Part shown: positions 53,453 through 63,977 of the stretch, in pieces
How the letters are laid out: every line of letters begins with the position of its first letter
How positions within the stretch are numbered: the first letter of the stretch is position 1
Assembly (NCBI GenBank): GCA_037720315.1
Contig: JBBJMS010000001.1
Span: 10,110-74,109, forward strand
From: Variovorax sp.
GTDB taxonomy: Bacteria > Pseudomonadota > Gammaproteobacteria > Burkholderiales > Burkholderiaceae_C
DNA length: 64,000 bases
Direction: 5' to 3'
The notes under the pieces: model-generated
Database searches by the model: none
Told to the model about the DNA's origin: nothing
The model's input: the letters and a program-made list of their open reading frames with translations, nothing else
Translations under genes and position numbers: made by a program

Positions 53453-53689
53453 TTACTCGAGATTCCCTGCCGGACCAGGCTTGTTGCCGACGCAAGTTGG
53501 TTGGCCGAGCACCTTTGCCGTTTAACAGACAACGATGCGCGCCGCGTTGTCAGTCGCATGGCACGCGAAAAAACCAACTACCCTCTTGAAGGGCTCATTG
53601 GTATAAACCTGGGTTGAGGCTACGCTCGCCCCAAGCGCAAGGCACAGTGCGGCGAGGCTGCCGCGCACAAGGTTTTGTCGAGGGCTCAT
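53453..53689 (-). pseudogene. Bug/TctC N-terminal remnant with in-frame stop
   Basis: SD GGAG; MSPRQNLVRGSLAALCLALG...VVGF...TDNAARIVVC*TAKVLGQPTCVGNKPG. Confidence 0.65.
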
Positions 53690-53736
53690 AAAGGTCTCCG
53701 GCCGGTTGCTTCGCCGGATAGTTCGCTTGAGCCTTC

Positions 53737-53801
53737 ATTCTTCGAGGCATTGCTTGACGCCGCAAATCGTGGACATCGATACCGTTATTTCGGTTGTCGA
53801 T
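53737..53801 (-). promoter_or_regulatory. LysR-type promoter module P6
   Basis: ATCGACAACCGAAAT-N6-ATCGATGTCCACGAT-TTGCGG-N17-AAGAAT. Confidence 0.75.
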
Positions 53802-54155
53802 AAATAGCCGCGTCCACGCATGGCCTGCTGAAGTCCCAATCACGACCCGGCGTCGTGCCAACTGCGCTCACTGAGCGCACGGGGAGGAATGCAGGCGACA
53901 AGCGGGTCCGGATGACGGGTGGTGAGCCAATGGCCGGCTGAGTGGCTCGCCCGAAATCCTCTCGGGCTGAGGTGCGGACCGCAAGGTTCAAGGTATATGA
54001 GGCACCGCCATGCTGCCGCACCGTGACCGGTGGTCATGCTCAGCATTTGCCCGCAAGTTTATGCTTTAGGCCTTGCTTCGCGGCTGTGGATTGCGGACTT
54101 CAGCGTAGTTAACGCGTAGTGAAGAAAGAGACGGAGCAGGCATAGGCAGGCCTAG

Positions 54156-55342
54156 GGATGGTGTTCAAAACACTACCGCGGCGAGCGCGGAGACGTCACG
54201 CGCAGGCAAGACAATATCGACATGAAGCAGCAAGACCTCGGCCTCAATCTGAGTACGCGACGCACGCGCAAGGCGGTGTTTCTCGAAGAGATGGAACTGG
54301 TGGTGCCGTGGCGCGAATTGGTGGCGTTGATTGCCCCGCACGCGCCGAGGAAGGCCACCGGCCGCCCACCGTTCGCACTGGAGACGATGCTGCGAATTCA
54401 CTTTCTGCAGCAATGGTTCGGCTTGAGCGACTTGGCCATGGAAGAGGCGCTGTTTGAAGTCTTGCTGTACCGCGACTTCGCCGGGTTGGGCGGCACCGAG
54501 CGCATCCCCGACCGCGTGAGCCTTCTTCGATTTCGCCACCTGCTCGAAGAACACAACCTGGCCCAGCAAATCCTGGGCACCGTCAACGCTACGCTGGCGT
54601 CCAAGGGCCTGATGCTCAAGAGTGGCACCGTGGTCGATGCCACCTTGATTGCCGCTCCCAGTTCGACCAAGAACAGCACGGCAAGCGCGACCGCGAGATG
54701 CATCAGACACGCAAGGGAAAGCAGTGGTACTTCGGGATGAAGGCCCACGTGGGCGTGGATGCCGACTCGGGTCTGGTGCATACCGTGGTGGGCACGGCGG
54801 CCAACATCAGCGATGTCACCCAGGCCAGTCAGCTCGTGCATGGCAAAGAGGCCGATGTTTTTGCCGACGCGGGCTACCAGGGCGTGGCCAAGCGCAAAGA
54901 GAACCGAGGCACCAACGTCCGCTGGCATGTAGCCATGCGCCCGGGCAAGCGACGGGCGTTGGACAAGGCCAGCGCGATGGGCGCAGTACTCGACAAAATC
55001 GAGCATCTCAAGGCCAGCGTGCGGGCGAAGGTGGAACATCCGTTTCGAGTCATCAAGCGCCAGTTCGGTCACGTCAAGGTGCGCTACAAGGGACTGGCGA
55101 AGAACACGGCGCAACTCCACACCTTGTTTGCCTTGAGCAATCTGTGGATGGCGCGGCGGCGGCTCTTGAACGAGGCCCAGGATGAGTGCGCCTGCAATGG
55201 GCCAAGTGGCCGAATGCCACGGGGCAAATGACCTGAAGTGGCCCCGTTATGGACATGCAATCGAGCAAAAAGATGTCGCTGCCTCAGACGCCGGCAATCA
55301 GACCGTCAGGCCGCGTCGCCGGCGGCGTTTTGAACACCATCC
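54156..55342 (+). mobile_element. IS5 family element (1187 bp); transposase 54222..55185 frameshifted near 54679
   Basis: Perfect 16-bp IR GGATGGTGTTCAAAAC; CTAG target duplication 54152-54155 / 55343-55346; VDATLI, WYFGMKAH, RAKVEHPF. Confidence 0.95.
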
Positions 55343-55415
55343 CTAGGGATTCTTCTTACGCTGCAATTTGAATCTGAATTAAAATTTCAGTTTTTCCATT
55401 TGGAGAATTTCATCG

Positions 55416-55751
55416 ATGGCCTCATCTCTTGCCGACATCAATTCGCAGATCAAGAAACACGACGAGCAGATCGCTCAGTTGCGCAAGCAAGCCGAGGACA
55501 TGCGCAATCAAGAGCGGGCCGGTGTCATCGAAGAACTCCGCAAGAAGATCGCCGAATTCGGATTGACTGCGGCCGATCTGAAACTGAGCGCCCGCGCAAG
55601 CAAGCGCACGACGGGCGCGGTTGCTGCCAAAACAGCTGCAAAGTATCGCAGCCCCACCGGCGAGACGTGGTCCGGCGGGCGCGGGCGCAAGCCACGCTGG
55701 ATTACAGAGGCGTTGGCCGCAGGTAAATCGCTCTCGGATTTCGAAATCTAG
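55416..55751 (+). CDS. hns: H-NS family nucleoid protein
   Basis: KYRSPTGETWSGGRGRKPRW. Confidence 0.92.
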   Translation: MASSLADINSQIKKHDEQIAQLRKQAEDMRNQERAGVIEELRKKIAEFGLTAADLKLSARASKRTTGAVAAKTAAKYRSPTGETWSGGRGRKPRWITEALAAGKSLSDFEI

Positions 55752-55767
55752 CACCGAGTTCTCAGAA

Positions 55768-55811
55768 CCAGCATTAAAAAAAGCCCGCATGCGGGCTTTT
55801 TTTAATGCTGG
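55768..55811. terminator. Bidirectional terminator, perfect 44-bp palindrome
   Basis: CCAGCATTAAAAAAAGCCCGCA|TGCGGGCTTTTTTTAATGCTGG between converging genes. Confidence 0.9.
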
Positions 55812-55820
55812 CTGAGAGGC

Positions 55821-56807
55821 CTAGTTCACCATCACGAGCTTGCCTTTTACGCCGCGCGACCCCATGCGCGCGTAAGCGTCCTTGAGTTTCGCCATTGGCA
55901 TGGTCCGGTCGATCACTGGCTTGATCTTGCCCTGGCCGTACCACGTTGCGAGCTCGGTCATCATCTGAGCATTGGCCTTGGGTTCGCGTTTCGCGAAGTC
56001 GCCCCAGAACACGCCGACCAGCGACGCCCCTTTGAGCAGCATCAAATTCAATGGCAGCGAAGGGATCGGTCCTGCGGCAAACCCCACCACCAGGTAGCGT
56101 CCGCGCCAGCCGATCGAACGAAATGCGGGCTCGGCGAATTCGCCTCCTACCGGATCGTAAATGACGTCCGGGCCTTTGCCGTCGGTTGCCGCTTTGATCG
56201 CTTCACGGAAACCTCCAGGCAGGGCGTGAGTGGTGTAGTTGATCGTGAGGTCGGCGCCGATTGATTTGCACAACTCGCATTTTTCGTCCGTCGATGCGGC
56301 TGCGATGACTTTGGCTCCCGCGGCTTTGGCGATTTGAATCGCGGCTGTTCCCACTCCGCCCGCCGCGCCAAGTACCAACACGGTTTCATCGGGCTTGAGT
56401 TGCGCCCGGTCCTTCAGTGCATGCCAGGATGTGGCGTAGATCATGATGAATGCCGCTGCATCGACAAAGGCGAAGCCATCCGGCAAGGGCATGCAGAGCG
56501 CCGCTGGCGCCAGTGTGTGGGTTGCGAAACCACCGGTGCCCGACAGGCAGGCCACGTTCTGGCCGGCGCGCAGGTGCGCGACGCCGTCGCCCACCGCAGT
56601 CACGACGCCAGCATATTCCGACCCGGGCACGAACGGCAGCGGTGGCTTGATCTGGTACTTGTTCTGCACGATCAGCAGATCGGGAAAGTTCAGGCTGGCT
56701 GCCTTGATCTCGATCAGCACTTGCCCCGGGCCCGGCACCGGGGTCGGTAGTTCCTTCCAGGTCAGAGCGTCGATTCCGGTGGGGTTTTCGCAGAGCCATG
56801 CGTGCAT
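55821..56807 (-). CDS. NADPH:quinone oxidoreductase (MDR family)
   Basis: SLNFPD, PFVPGSE, GAAGGVG, DPVGG, VVGFAAG. Confidence 0.92.
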   Translation of the reverse strand: MHAWLCENPTGIDALTWKELPTPVPGPGQVLIEIKAASLNFPDLLIVQNKYQIKPPLPFVPGSEYAGVVTAVGDGVAHLRAGQNVACLSGTGGFATHTLAPAALCMPLPDGFAFVDAAAFIMIYATSWHALKDRAQLKPDETVLVLGAAGGVGTAAIQIAKAAGAKVIAAASTDEKCELCKSIGADLTINYTTHALPGGFREAIKAATDGKGPDVIYDPVGGEFAEPAFRSIGWRGRYLVVGFAAGPIPSLPLNLMLLKGASLVGVFWGDFAKREPKANAQMMTELATWYGQGKIKPVIDRTMPMAKLKDAYARMGSRGVKGKLVMVN

Positions 56808-56931
56808 GCTCGTCTCTCCTTCGAATGAGTATGGGGCCGTGAATGCGGGCCATGATAGGCCGGCCGAAAGCGCGGCGTTGTCTCTGCCGGGACCGGGTCG
56901 CCGCCTACAATCGCGCCCATTGACAGACCCC

Positions 56932-57695
56932 ATGAAGATACTTATCTCGAACGACGATGGCTTCCAGGCGCCCGGCCTCGTTGCACTGCATGATGCCTTG
57001 AAAGACATCGCCGAGGTCGAGGTGGTTGCACCCGAACACAACAACAGCGCGAAGTCGAATGCGCTGACGCTGGCGGCCCCGCTGTATGTGCGCACTGCGC
57101 ACAACGGATTTCGCTATGTGACCGGCACGCCGGCAGATTGCGTGCACATTGCACTTAAAGGCCTGCTCGGCTACCGGCCCGATCTGGTGGTTTCCGGAAT
57201 CAACAACGGCGCCAACATGGGCGACGACACGATCTATTCCGGGACGGTGGGCGCTGCGATGGAAGCCTACCTTTTCGGCATTCCGGCCATCGCGTTCTCG
57301 CAGATCGAAAAGGGCTGGGCCCATGTCGATGCTGCGGCGCGCGCGGCGCGACGGCTGGTCGAGCAGATCGAGCGCGACCGCATGTTCGAGGGCAATGCCT
57401 TCTTGCTGAACGTGAATGTTCCGAATCTGCCGTTCGACGAACTGAAGGCGGTCAAGGTCTGCAGGCTGGGGCGGCGGCATGCGGCTGAGAAGGTCATTAC
57501 GCAAGACAGCCCGCGCGGCGAGACCATGTACTGGATCGCCGGGGCAGGTGGCGCCAAGGACAGCGGCGAGGGCACCGACTTCCACGCGACGGCGGCCGGC
57601 CACATCGCGCTGACGCCGTTGCAGATCGACCTGACGGACCACGACAACCTGGGACAGTGGCGCGACACGGTGGCCCGCCTGGTGAACTCTCCTGA
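56932..57695 (+). CDS. surE: 5'/3'-nucleotidase SurE (stop out of frame by one base as sequenced)
   Basis: ILISNDDG, VAP, GTPADCV, SGINNGANMG, YSGTV. Confidence 0.95.
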
Positions 57696-57696
57696 G

Positions 57697-58468
57697 ATGG
57701 CGACCCAGCGCCCCGGCTTTCCGGTCAGGCTCACCCCACGGCGGCCGCTGCGACGCGCGGACGCACCTCAGCGGTGCCGACGAAACCGCTCGTCCACACA
57801 CGCCGTCGATGGCATCCGCCGCGGTCCGGGCGCGCATGATCCAACGGCTCGGCGCGCAAGGCATATCCGATGCTCGCGTGTTGAGCGCCATGGGAACGGT
57901 CGAACGCCACATGTTCGTCGACAGCGCGCTGATCAACCAGGCCTACGAAGACACCAGTCTTCCGATCGGACTCGGCCAGACGATCTCGAAGCCCAATGTG
58001 GTGGCACGCATGATCGAATTGCTGCTCGGCGCGACGGCATTGGCCAACAAGCCGGGCGAGCGCCTGGGCCGCGTGCTCGACATCGGAACGGGCTGCGGCT
58101 ATCAGGCGGCGGTGCTGAGTCATGTGGCCGCCGAGGTCTACAGCATCGAGCGCCTGCGTGGACTGCATGAACGGGCTCGCACCAACCTGCGGCCGTTTCG
58201 CTTGGCAACGGTGCATCTGCTGCTGGGCGACGGCATGGCAGGCTTTGCGAAGGGCGCACCCTATGCCGGAATCATCGCTGCGGCCGGCGGCGAGGCGGTG
58301 CCGCAAGCATGGATCGAGCAGCTGGCCGTCGGCGGCCGGATCGTTGCGCCGACGCAGTCGGCGATTGGCAAACAGGCACTGGTCGTCATCGACAAAACAG
58401 CGCGAGGCATCGAGCGCCGCGTTCTTGAGGCGGTTCACTTTGTCCCCCTAAAATCGGGAATTGCTTGA
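57697..58468 (+). CDS. pcm: Protein-L-isoaspartate O-methyltransferase (N-terminal extension has apparent indels)
   Basis: LPIGLGQTISKP, IGTGCGYQAAVL, FVPL. Confidence 0.92.
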
Positions 58469-58479
58469 AGGAAGAACAC

Positions 58480-59424
58480 ATGCTGGGTATTGGCAATCGG
58501 AGCTGGCTTGCCGGCGTGACGCTTCTGGTCGCGCTCTCGATTGCGGGGTGCGCGGCGCGGCGCGGTCCCGTGCCGGTGGAAGACAGGGGCACGATGACTG
58601 CTGCGCCGGGAACCGCGGCTGGCGCCGTGGGCGTTCCTCCCATCACGACGGACGCTTCAGGAAAGCCGCTGCCTGGCATCGAGAACTATGGCAAGCCGGG
58701 TTATTACGCGGTGCGTCCCGGAGACACCATCCGCCGCATCAGCACCGAAACCGGGCACAACTGGCGTGACATCGCGCGCTGGAACAATCTGGACAATGCC
58801 GACTTGATCGAAGTCGGGCAGGTGCTCCGGGTGATCCCGCCATCGACCGCTCCCATGACTGCAGCAGCGCCGCCGGCCGCATCCGGAACATCCGACGCAA
58901 CGGGCGTCGTCACCCGGCCGGTGACGCCACAGGCCGCCATCGCACCATCGACCGGCGCTGCATCGCCACCGTCAGCGGCCGCGAGCGCCGCTGCCAGACC
59001 GACGCCGCCCATCGCAGCCGCATCGAGTCCGCAGGCCCCTGCAGCTTCGGGCGATGACGATGTCGGCTGGATCTGGCCGGCGCAGGGTTCGTTGATCGCT
59101 GGCTTCGACGAAGCAAAGAACAAGGGGCTGGACATCAGTGGCAAGGCCGGCGATTCGGTGCTTGCTGCTGCAGACGGGCGGGTGGTCTACGCAGGCGCCG
59201 GGCTGCGAGGCTACGGCAACCTGATCATCCTGAAGCACAACAATACGTACCTCACCGCCTATGCGCACAACCGCATGCTGCTGGTGAAGGAAGACCAGTC
59301 GGTGCAAAAAGGGCAGAAGATCGCCGAGATGGGCAACAGCGACGCCGACCGCGTGAAGCTGCACTTCGAAATCCGTCGCCAGGGCAAGCCGGTCGATCCG
59401 GCGCGCTACCTGCCTGCCCGGTAA
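58480..59424 (+). CDS. nlpD: LysM/M23 lipoprotein NlpD
   Basis: Lipobox IAGC, LysM, WIWP, KGLDI, YAHN, LHFEIR. Confidence 0.92.
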   Translation: MLGIGNRSWLAGVTLLVALSIAGCAARRGPVPVEDRGTMTAAPGTAAGAVGVPPITTDASGKPLPGIENYGKPGYYAVRPGDTIRRISTETGHNWRDIARWNNLDNADLIEVGQVLRVIPPSTAPMTAAAPPAASGTSDATGVVTRPVTPQAAIAPSTGAASPPSAAASAAARPTPPIAAASSPQAPAASGDDDVGWIWPAQGSLIAGFDEAKNKGLDISGKAGDSVLAAADGRVVYAGAGLRGYGNLIILKHNNTYLTAYAHNRMLLVKEDQSVQKGQKIAEMGNSDADRVKLHFEIRRQGKPVDPARYLPAR

Positions 59425-59430
59425 TGCCCC

Positions 59431-60337
59431 ATGGCCGCCGGAGCGCCGCACGACGCGATGCCGGCCGATCCCGGCGATGAATCTGGCGACTCGTTGACGC
59501 GCTACCTGCAAGAGATCCGACGCACGCCGCTGTTCACTCCCGAAGAAGAATACCAAGCTGCCTGTGCTTCCCGAAGCGGCGATTTCGCCGCACGGCAATC
59601 GATGATCGAGCACAACCTGCGGCTTGTCGTGAGCATTGCCAAGCCGTATATCGGACGTGGCGTGTCGCTGGCCGATCTGAGCGAAGAGGGCAACCTCGGC
59701 TTGATGCACGCCATCGACAAGTTCGAACCCGAACGAGGCTTTCGCTTCTCGACCTACGCGACCTGATGGATTCGCAAGTCGATCGAGCGGGCAGTAATGA
59801 TGCAGGCGCGCGATCCGACTGCCGCTGCATGTCGTTCGCGAGTTGCAGCAGGTGTTGCGCGCGCAACGTGCTCTGGAAGGAGATGCCGACTTCATCGCAG
59901 GACGACCGGACGGCGTGCGCGTCGAGGATGTCGCGGCTTTGCTGGGCTGCGAGGTGCAGGCAGTGGTCGATCTGCTGGGGCTCGCTGAGGCGCCGTTGTC
60001 GCTCGACGCCGGCAGCGCCGGTGCCGGTGCCGAGGGCAGTTTCGGTCTGGCCGAAACCGTCGCGTCGCAGGACCCGGCCGACGATCCCACCGGCGTGACG
60101 CAGACGCATGAAATCGAGAAGCTGCTCGATCGTTGGATATCGGGGCTTAGCGTTCGCGAGCGCGAGGTGTTGGAGGGCCGATACGGCCTGCACGACCGCG
60201 ACCCGGAAACGCTCGAAGTGCCGAGCGTGCGCCTTGGCATCACGCGAGAGCGCGTACGGCAGATTCAAAATGAAGCACTGGTCAAGATGCGCCAGCAGCT
60301 CACGCGTACAGGCGTTGCGCGAGTCGCGTTCCTCTAG
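59431..60337 (+). pseudogene. rpoS: RpoS-like sigma factor, disrupted
   Basis: Downstream of nlpD; [28 protein letters not shown] at 59764-59766, frameshift near 59812, TRERVRQIQ. Confidence 0.8.
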
Positions 60338-60381
60338 GGGTGTCGGCGTCGGGCGCACGGCAGCCCTGAGACAATCCGTAC

Positions 60382-61818
60382 ATGACGGATTCGACAGAGA
60401 AACAAGAAGCGGGTCGGCACACCGAGGGCGATTGGCTGCAAGTGGAATCGCTGGACCTCGAAGCGCAGGGCGTCGCGCACAAAGCCGATGGCATGGTGGT
60501 GTTTATCGAAGGCGCGCTGCCCTTCGAAGAGGTTCGTGTTCAGGTCCACCGCAAGAAAAGCAATTTGGAGCAAGGCACTGTCAGCGCCATAAGGTGCGAG
60601 TCGTCCCAGCGCGTGCGGCCCGGCTGCCCGCATTTCGGGCTGCATCCGGGCGCGTGCGGGGGTTGCAAGATGCAGCACCTCGACGTGGCCGCACAGGTCG
60701 CGGTGAAGCAGCGCGCACTGGAAGACAACCTGTGGCACATCGGCAAGCTGCGCTCGGACAACATCCTGCGGCCGCTCGAAGGACCTGCTTGGCACTACCG
60801 ATATCGCGCGCGTCTTTCGGTTCGATACGTGGCAAAGAAAGGCACCGTCCTGATCGGTTTTCACGAACGCAAGAGTCGCTATCTCGCAGACATGAAGGTG
60901 TGCCCGGTGTTGCCTGCGCAGATCAGCGACATGCTGATGCCGTTGCGCGAGCTGATCGGATCGATGGATGCGCGCGATACCTTGCCGCAAATAGAGCTGG
61001 CGTGTGGCGATGCGCCAGGCCGAACCGGTCTTGGAGTGATCGCGCTGGTGCTGCGTCACCTGCAGGCGCTTTCCGCTGCGGATGTGGAACGTCTCACATC
61101 GTTCGCCGATCGGCACGCTGGCGTGCAGTGGTGGCTTCAATCGAAGGGGCCGGAGACTGTCAAGCTCCTGGAGGAGGGTGGACCGGAGCTGGCCTACGAA
61201 CTGCCCGAGTTCGGCGTGACGATGCCGTTCAAGCCCACCGACTTCACGCAGGTCAATGCGCATATCAACCGGGCGCTGGTCGGGCGTGCCGTGCGGCTTC
61301 TCGACGTTCGGCAGGACGAGCGGGTGATTGACTGGTTCTGCGGCCTGGGAAACTTCACGCTGCCGCTTGCGAGCCGCGCGCGCGAGGTGCTGGGCATCGA
61401 GGGCAGCAATTCACTGGTGGCGCGGGCCACTGAGAACTTCGAGCGTAACCGACCTGCAGTGCCGGGCAGGCGCGCCCTGTCGACGACGAGCTTTGTCGCC
61501 CGCGACTTGTTCGAGATGACGCTCGCCATGCTGGTGGGCGATGGCAGTGCGGACAAGTGGCTGGTCGATCCGCCGCGCGAGGGTGCGTTTGCGCTGGTCA
61601 AGGCGCTCGCCGGCGTGCGCCAGCAGACCGATCTGCACGAAGGAGGCTGGGTACCGCCCAGGCGCATCGTGTACGTGAGTTGCAATCCCTCGACGCTGGC
61701 GCGAGATGCCGACGTTCTGGTGCATCAGGCGGGCTATCGCTGCAGCTTTGCCGGCGTGGTGAACATGTTTCCGCATACAGCGCATGTCGAATCGATCGCG
61801 GTGTTCGACCTCCAATGA
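60382..61818 (+). CDS. rlmD: 23S rRNA m5U1939 methyltransferase
   Basis: TRAM domain, [35 protein letters not shown]. Confidence 0.96.
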   Translation: MTDSTEKQEAGRHTEGDWLQVESLDLEAQGVAHKADGMVVFIEGALPFEEVRVQVHRKKSNLEQGTVSAIRCESSQRVRPGCPHFGLHPGACGGCKMQHLDVAAQVAVKQRALEDNLWHIGKLRSDNILRPLEGPAWHYRYRARLSVRYVAKKGTVLIGFHERKSRYLADMKVCPVLPAQISDMLMPLRELIGSMDARDTLPQIELACGDAPGRTGLGVIALVLRHLQALSAADVERLTSFADRHAGVQWWLQSKGPETVKLLEEGGPELAYELPEFGVTMPFKPTDFTQVNAHINRALVGRAVRLLDVRQDERVIDWFCGLGNFTLPLASRAREVLGIEGSNSLVARATENFERNRPAVPGRRALSTTSFVARDLFEMTLAMLVGDGSADKWLVDPPREGAFALVKALAGVRQQTDLHEGGWVPPRRIVYVSCNPSTLARDADVLVHQAGYRCSFAGVVNMFPHTAHVESIAVFDLQ

Positions 61819-61843
61819 AAAAGGGCCCGGATGGGCCCTTTTT
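61818..61843. terminator. Bidirectional terminator
   Basis: AAAAAGGGCCC-GGAT-GGGCCCTTTTT. Confidence 0.85.
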
Positions 61844-61861
61844 GTAAAGCATCGACGCCTG

Positions 61862-62563
61862 TCAGTCGCGCTCGCCGCCCGCAAGACCGAGCAAGGCCAG
61901 CAGGCTCTGAAACACATTGAAGAGGTCGAGATAAAGGGCCAGGGTGGCACTGATGTAGTTGGTTTCGCCGCCGTCCATGATGCGCTTCAGGTCGTACAGC
62001 ATGAACGCCGAAAAGATCCCGATGGCTGCGACCGAAATGGCCATCATGCCGGCGGTCGAGCCCACGAAGACATTGATGATGGCGCCGACCATCAACACCA
62101 TCGCGCCCACGAACAGCCATTTACCCATGCCCGACAGATCGCGTTTGATCACCGTTGCAACAGACGCCATGACGAAGAACACGCCGGCCGTACCGCCGAA
62201 CGCGGTCATGATGAGTTCGGACCCGTTCTTGAAGCCGAGCACCATCGCGATGAGCCGCGACAGCATCAGGCCCATGAAGAAGGTAAATGCCAACAGCACC
62301 GGCACGCCGGCCGCCGAGTTCTTGGTCTTTTCGATCGCGAACATGAAGCCGAAGGCACCGCCGAGGAAAACGATGAGGCCAATGCCTCCGGAGAGCGAGC
62401 TGGTGATTCCGGTGGCGACGCCGAACCATGCGCCCAGCACGGTGGGCAGCAAGCTCAGCGCGAGCAGCCAGTAGGTATTGCGCAAGACGCGCTGACGTTC
62501 TGCCTGCGGCAGCGTCTGGCCGTAGCCGACGGAGGTGTCGAGGGTGTTGACGCGATCGTTCAT
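61862..62563 (-). CDS. Bax inhibitor-1/YccA family membrane protein
   Basis: VLRNTYWLL, GGETNYISATLALYLD. Confidence 0.92.
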   Translation of the reverse strand: MNDRVNTLDTSVGYGQTLPQAERQRVLRNTYWLLALSLLPTVLGAWFGVATGITSSLSGGIGLIVFLGGAFGFMFAIEKTKNSAAGVPVLLAFTFFMGLMLSRLIAMVLGFKNGSELIMTAFGGTAGVFFVMASVATVIKRDLSGMGKWLFVGAMVLMVGAIINVFVGSTAGMMAISVAAIGIFSAFMLYDLKRIMDGGETNYISATLALYLDLFNVFQSLLALLGLAGGERD

Positions 62564-62738
62564 TGCTGAAGCTCCTGGTTTTGCTGCAACGCTGCAGTTG
62601 GGCGCATTCTAGGACGCTGCAAGAGCCGCCCGTGACAAAGATCCACATTCGGCGAGTCTTAAACGGTTTCTGGCTGCGGCGAAAGGTCATACCGCCGGGA
62701 CGGCTATGCTTGCCGGCTCATTTCACATTTGCAACACC

Positions 62739-63146
62739 ATGAAGACCAAGTCGTTTCTCGAACTCGCCGATGTCAAGGCCGTTGCCGCGGCGGCCGAAGC
62801 CGAAGCCCTGAAAAACAACTGGACGGTGACGATCGCCATTGCGGACGATGCCGGCAACCTGCTGTGGCTGCAGCGGCTGGACGGCGCTGCGGCACTGTCG
62901 TCTCACATCGCACCTGCAAAGGCGCATACGGCCGCCATGGGACGGCGGGAAAGCAAGACCTACGAAGACATGATCAACGGCGGCCGCACGTCGTTCTTGA
63001 GCGCGCCGGCAGTGCACGGACTGCTCGAAGGCGGCGTTCCGATCGTGAAGGACGGCCAAGTCATCGGCGCCGTTGGCGTCAGCGGCGTCAAGTCGAACGA
63101 AGACGCACAGATTGCCAAAGCCGGCATCGCGGCGCTTGGCCTTTGA
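62739..63146 (+). CDS. GlcG/HbpS family heme-binding protein
   Basis: RLDGA, KAHTA, GGVPI, GAVGVSG. Confidence 0.9.
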   Translation: MKTKSFLELADVKAVAAAAEAEALKNNWTVTIAIADDAGNLLWLQRLDGAAALSSHIAPAKAHTAAMGRRESKTYEDMINGGRTSFLSAPAVHGLLEGGVPIVKDGQVIGAVGVSGVKSNEDAQIAKAGIAALGL

Positions 63147-63261
63147 TCGGGGTGGGTAAAAAAAGCTTGGCTGGGCGGCGAACCGCTGGCTAGCAAAAAA
63201 CGATCCTCGGAGACAGGTCTCCTCGAATCGCCCCACGATGAACTGTCGGGACAGCCAGTCG

Positions 63262-63474
63262 CTATTTAGTAAGGATCAGCTTGCCCAGCTTGGTGGCTTG
63301 AAGCCGGTAGAGCGACCCGTTGTGCAAGATGCCGACGGTTTTGCTGCCCCGCAGAAGCTCTGTGCTTTCGAGCGGAGCAACGGCGCGCGGCATTTCGTTA
63401 CTCGAGAGCCTGAGGGCGGAATGGTCGAGCGAATAGTGGCTGTGAACTGCGAAGACGTTGGTTGTGGCTGGCAT
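63262..63474 (-). CDS. hemP: Hemin uptake protein HemP
   Basis: IxHNGxxYRLQATKLGKLILTK. Confidence 0.9.
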   Translation of the reverse strand: MPATTNVFAVHSHYSLDHSALRLSSNEMPRAVAPLESTELLRGSKTVGILHNGSLYRLQATKLGKLILTK

Positions 63475-63497
63475 GGAGGTCCCTGTCGAAGCGGTCC

Positions 63498-63517
63498 GTA
63501 AATGATAACGATTCTCA
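63498..63517. promoter_or_regulatory. Fur box upstream of hemP
   Basis: TGATAAC-G-ATTCTCA 7-1-7; 14/19 match to GATAATGATAATCATTATC. Confidence 0.8.
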
Positions 63518-63563
63518 ATCATTAGTCAATTGTCGCAGCCGGTTTTTTTGTCGCAGGCTGGCG

Positions 63564-63977
63564 CTATTGGGTCTCCGGCTCTGTGATGAAACCGATCTTT
63601 CGCATGCCGGTTTCGCGCGCTGCCGACATGGCTTGTGCGACGCGCTCGTAGCGCACCGCCTTGTCGCCGCGAATGTGAAGTTCCGGTTGCGGACTCTTGG
63701 CGGCCTCAACGGCAAGCCGGGTCTTAAGTTCGCCGTCGGCGATCTTCTGCTCGTTCCAGTAATAGCTGCCATCCGCGGCCACGCTGAACAGGATGTTCTG
63801 CGGCACGGTCTGTTCGGGTTCGCTGCTCGCGCGCGGCAGGTCTATGTTGACTGCGTGTTTCATCACCGGCACGGTGATGATGAAGATGATCAGGAGCACC
63901 AACATCACGTCGACCAGCGGCGTCATGTTGATCTCGTTCATGACCTCGTCCGGTTCGTCCTGAGTTCCGAAAGCCAT
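63564..63977 (-). CDS. exbD: Biopolymer transporter ExbD
   Basis: EINMTPLVDVMLVLLIIF, IRGDKAVRY. Confidence 0.93.
   Translation of the reverse strand: MAFGTQDEPDEVMNEINMTPLVDVMLVLLIIFIITVPVMKHAVNIDLPRASSEPEQTVPQNILFSVAADGSYYWNEQKIADGELKTRLAVEAAKSPQPELHIRGDKAVRYERVAQAMSAARETGMRKIGFITEPETQ

Noticed and set aside
40786-55346. Composite transposon bounded by the two IS5 elements
   Set aside because: The elements differ in IRs and sequence, the right one has its own CTAG duplication, and CTAG is the family's preferred target, so matching outer flanks carry little information.
56932-58170. SurE-Pcm fusion protein
   Set aside because: One added C before the TGA at 57693 terminates SurE normally, and two similar C-run deletions lie nearby; likely artefact.
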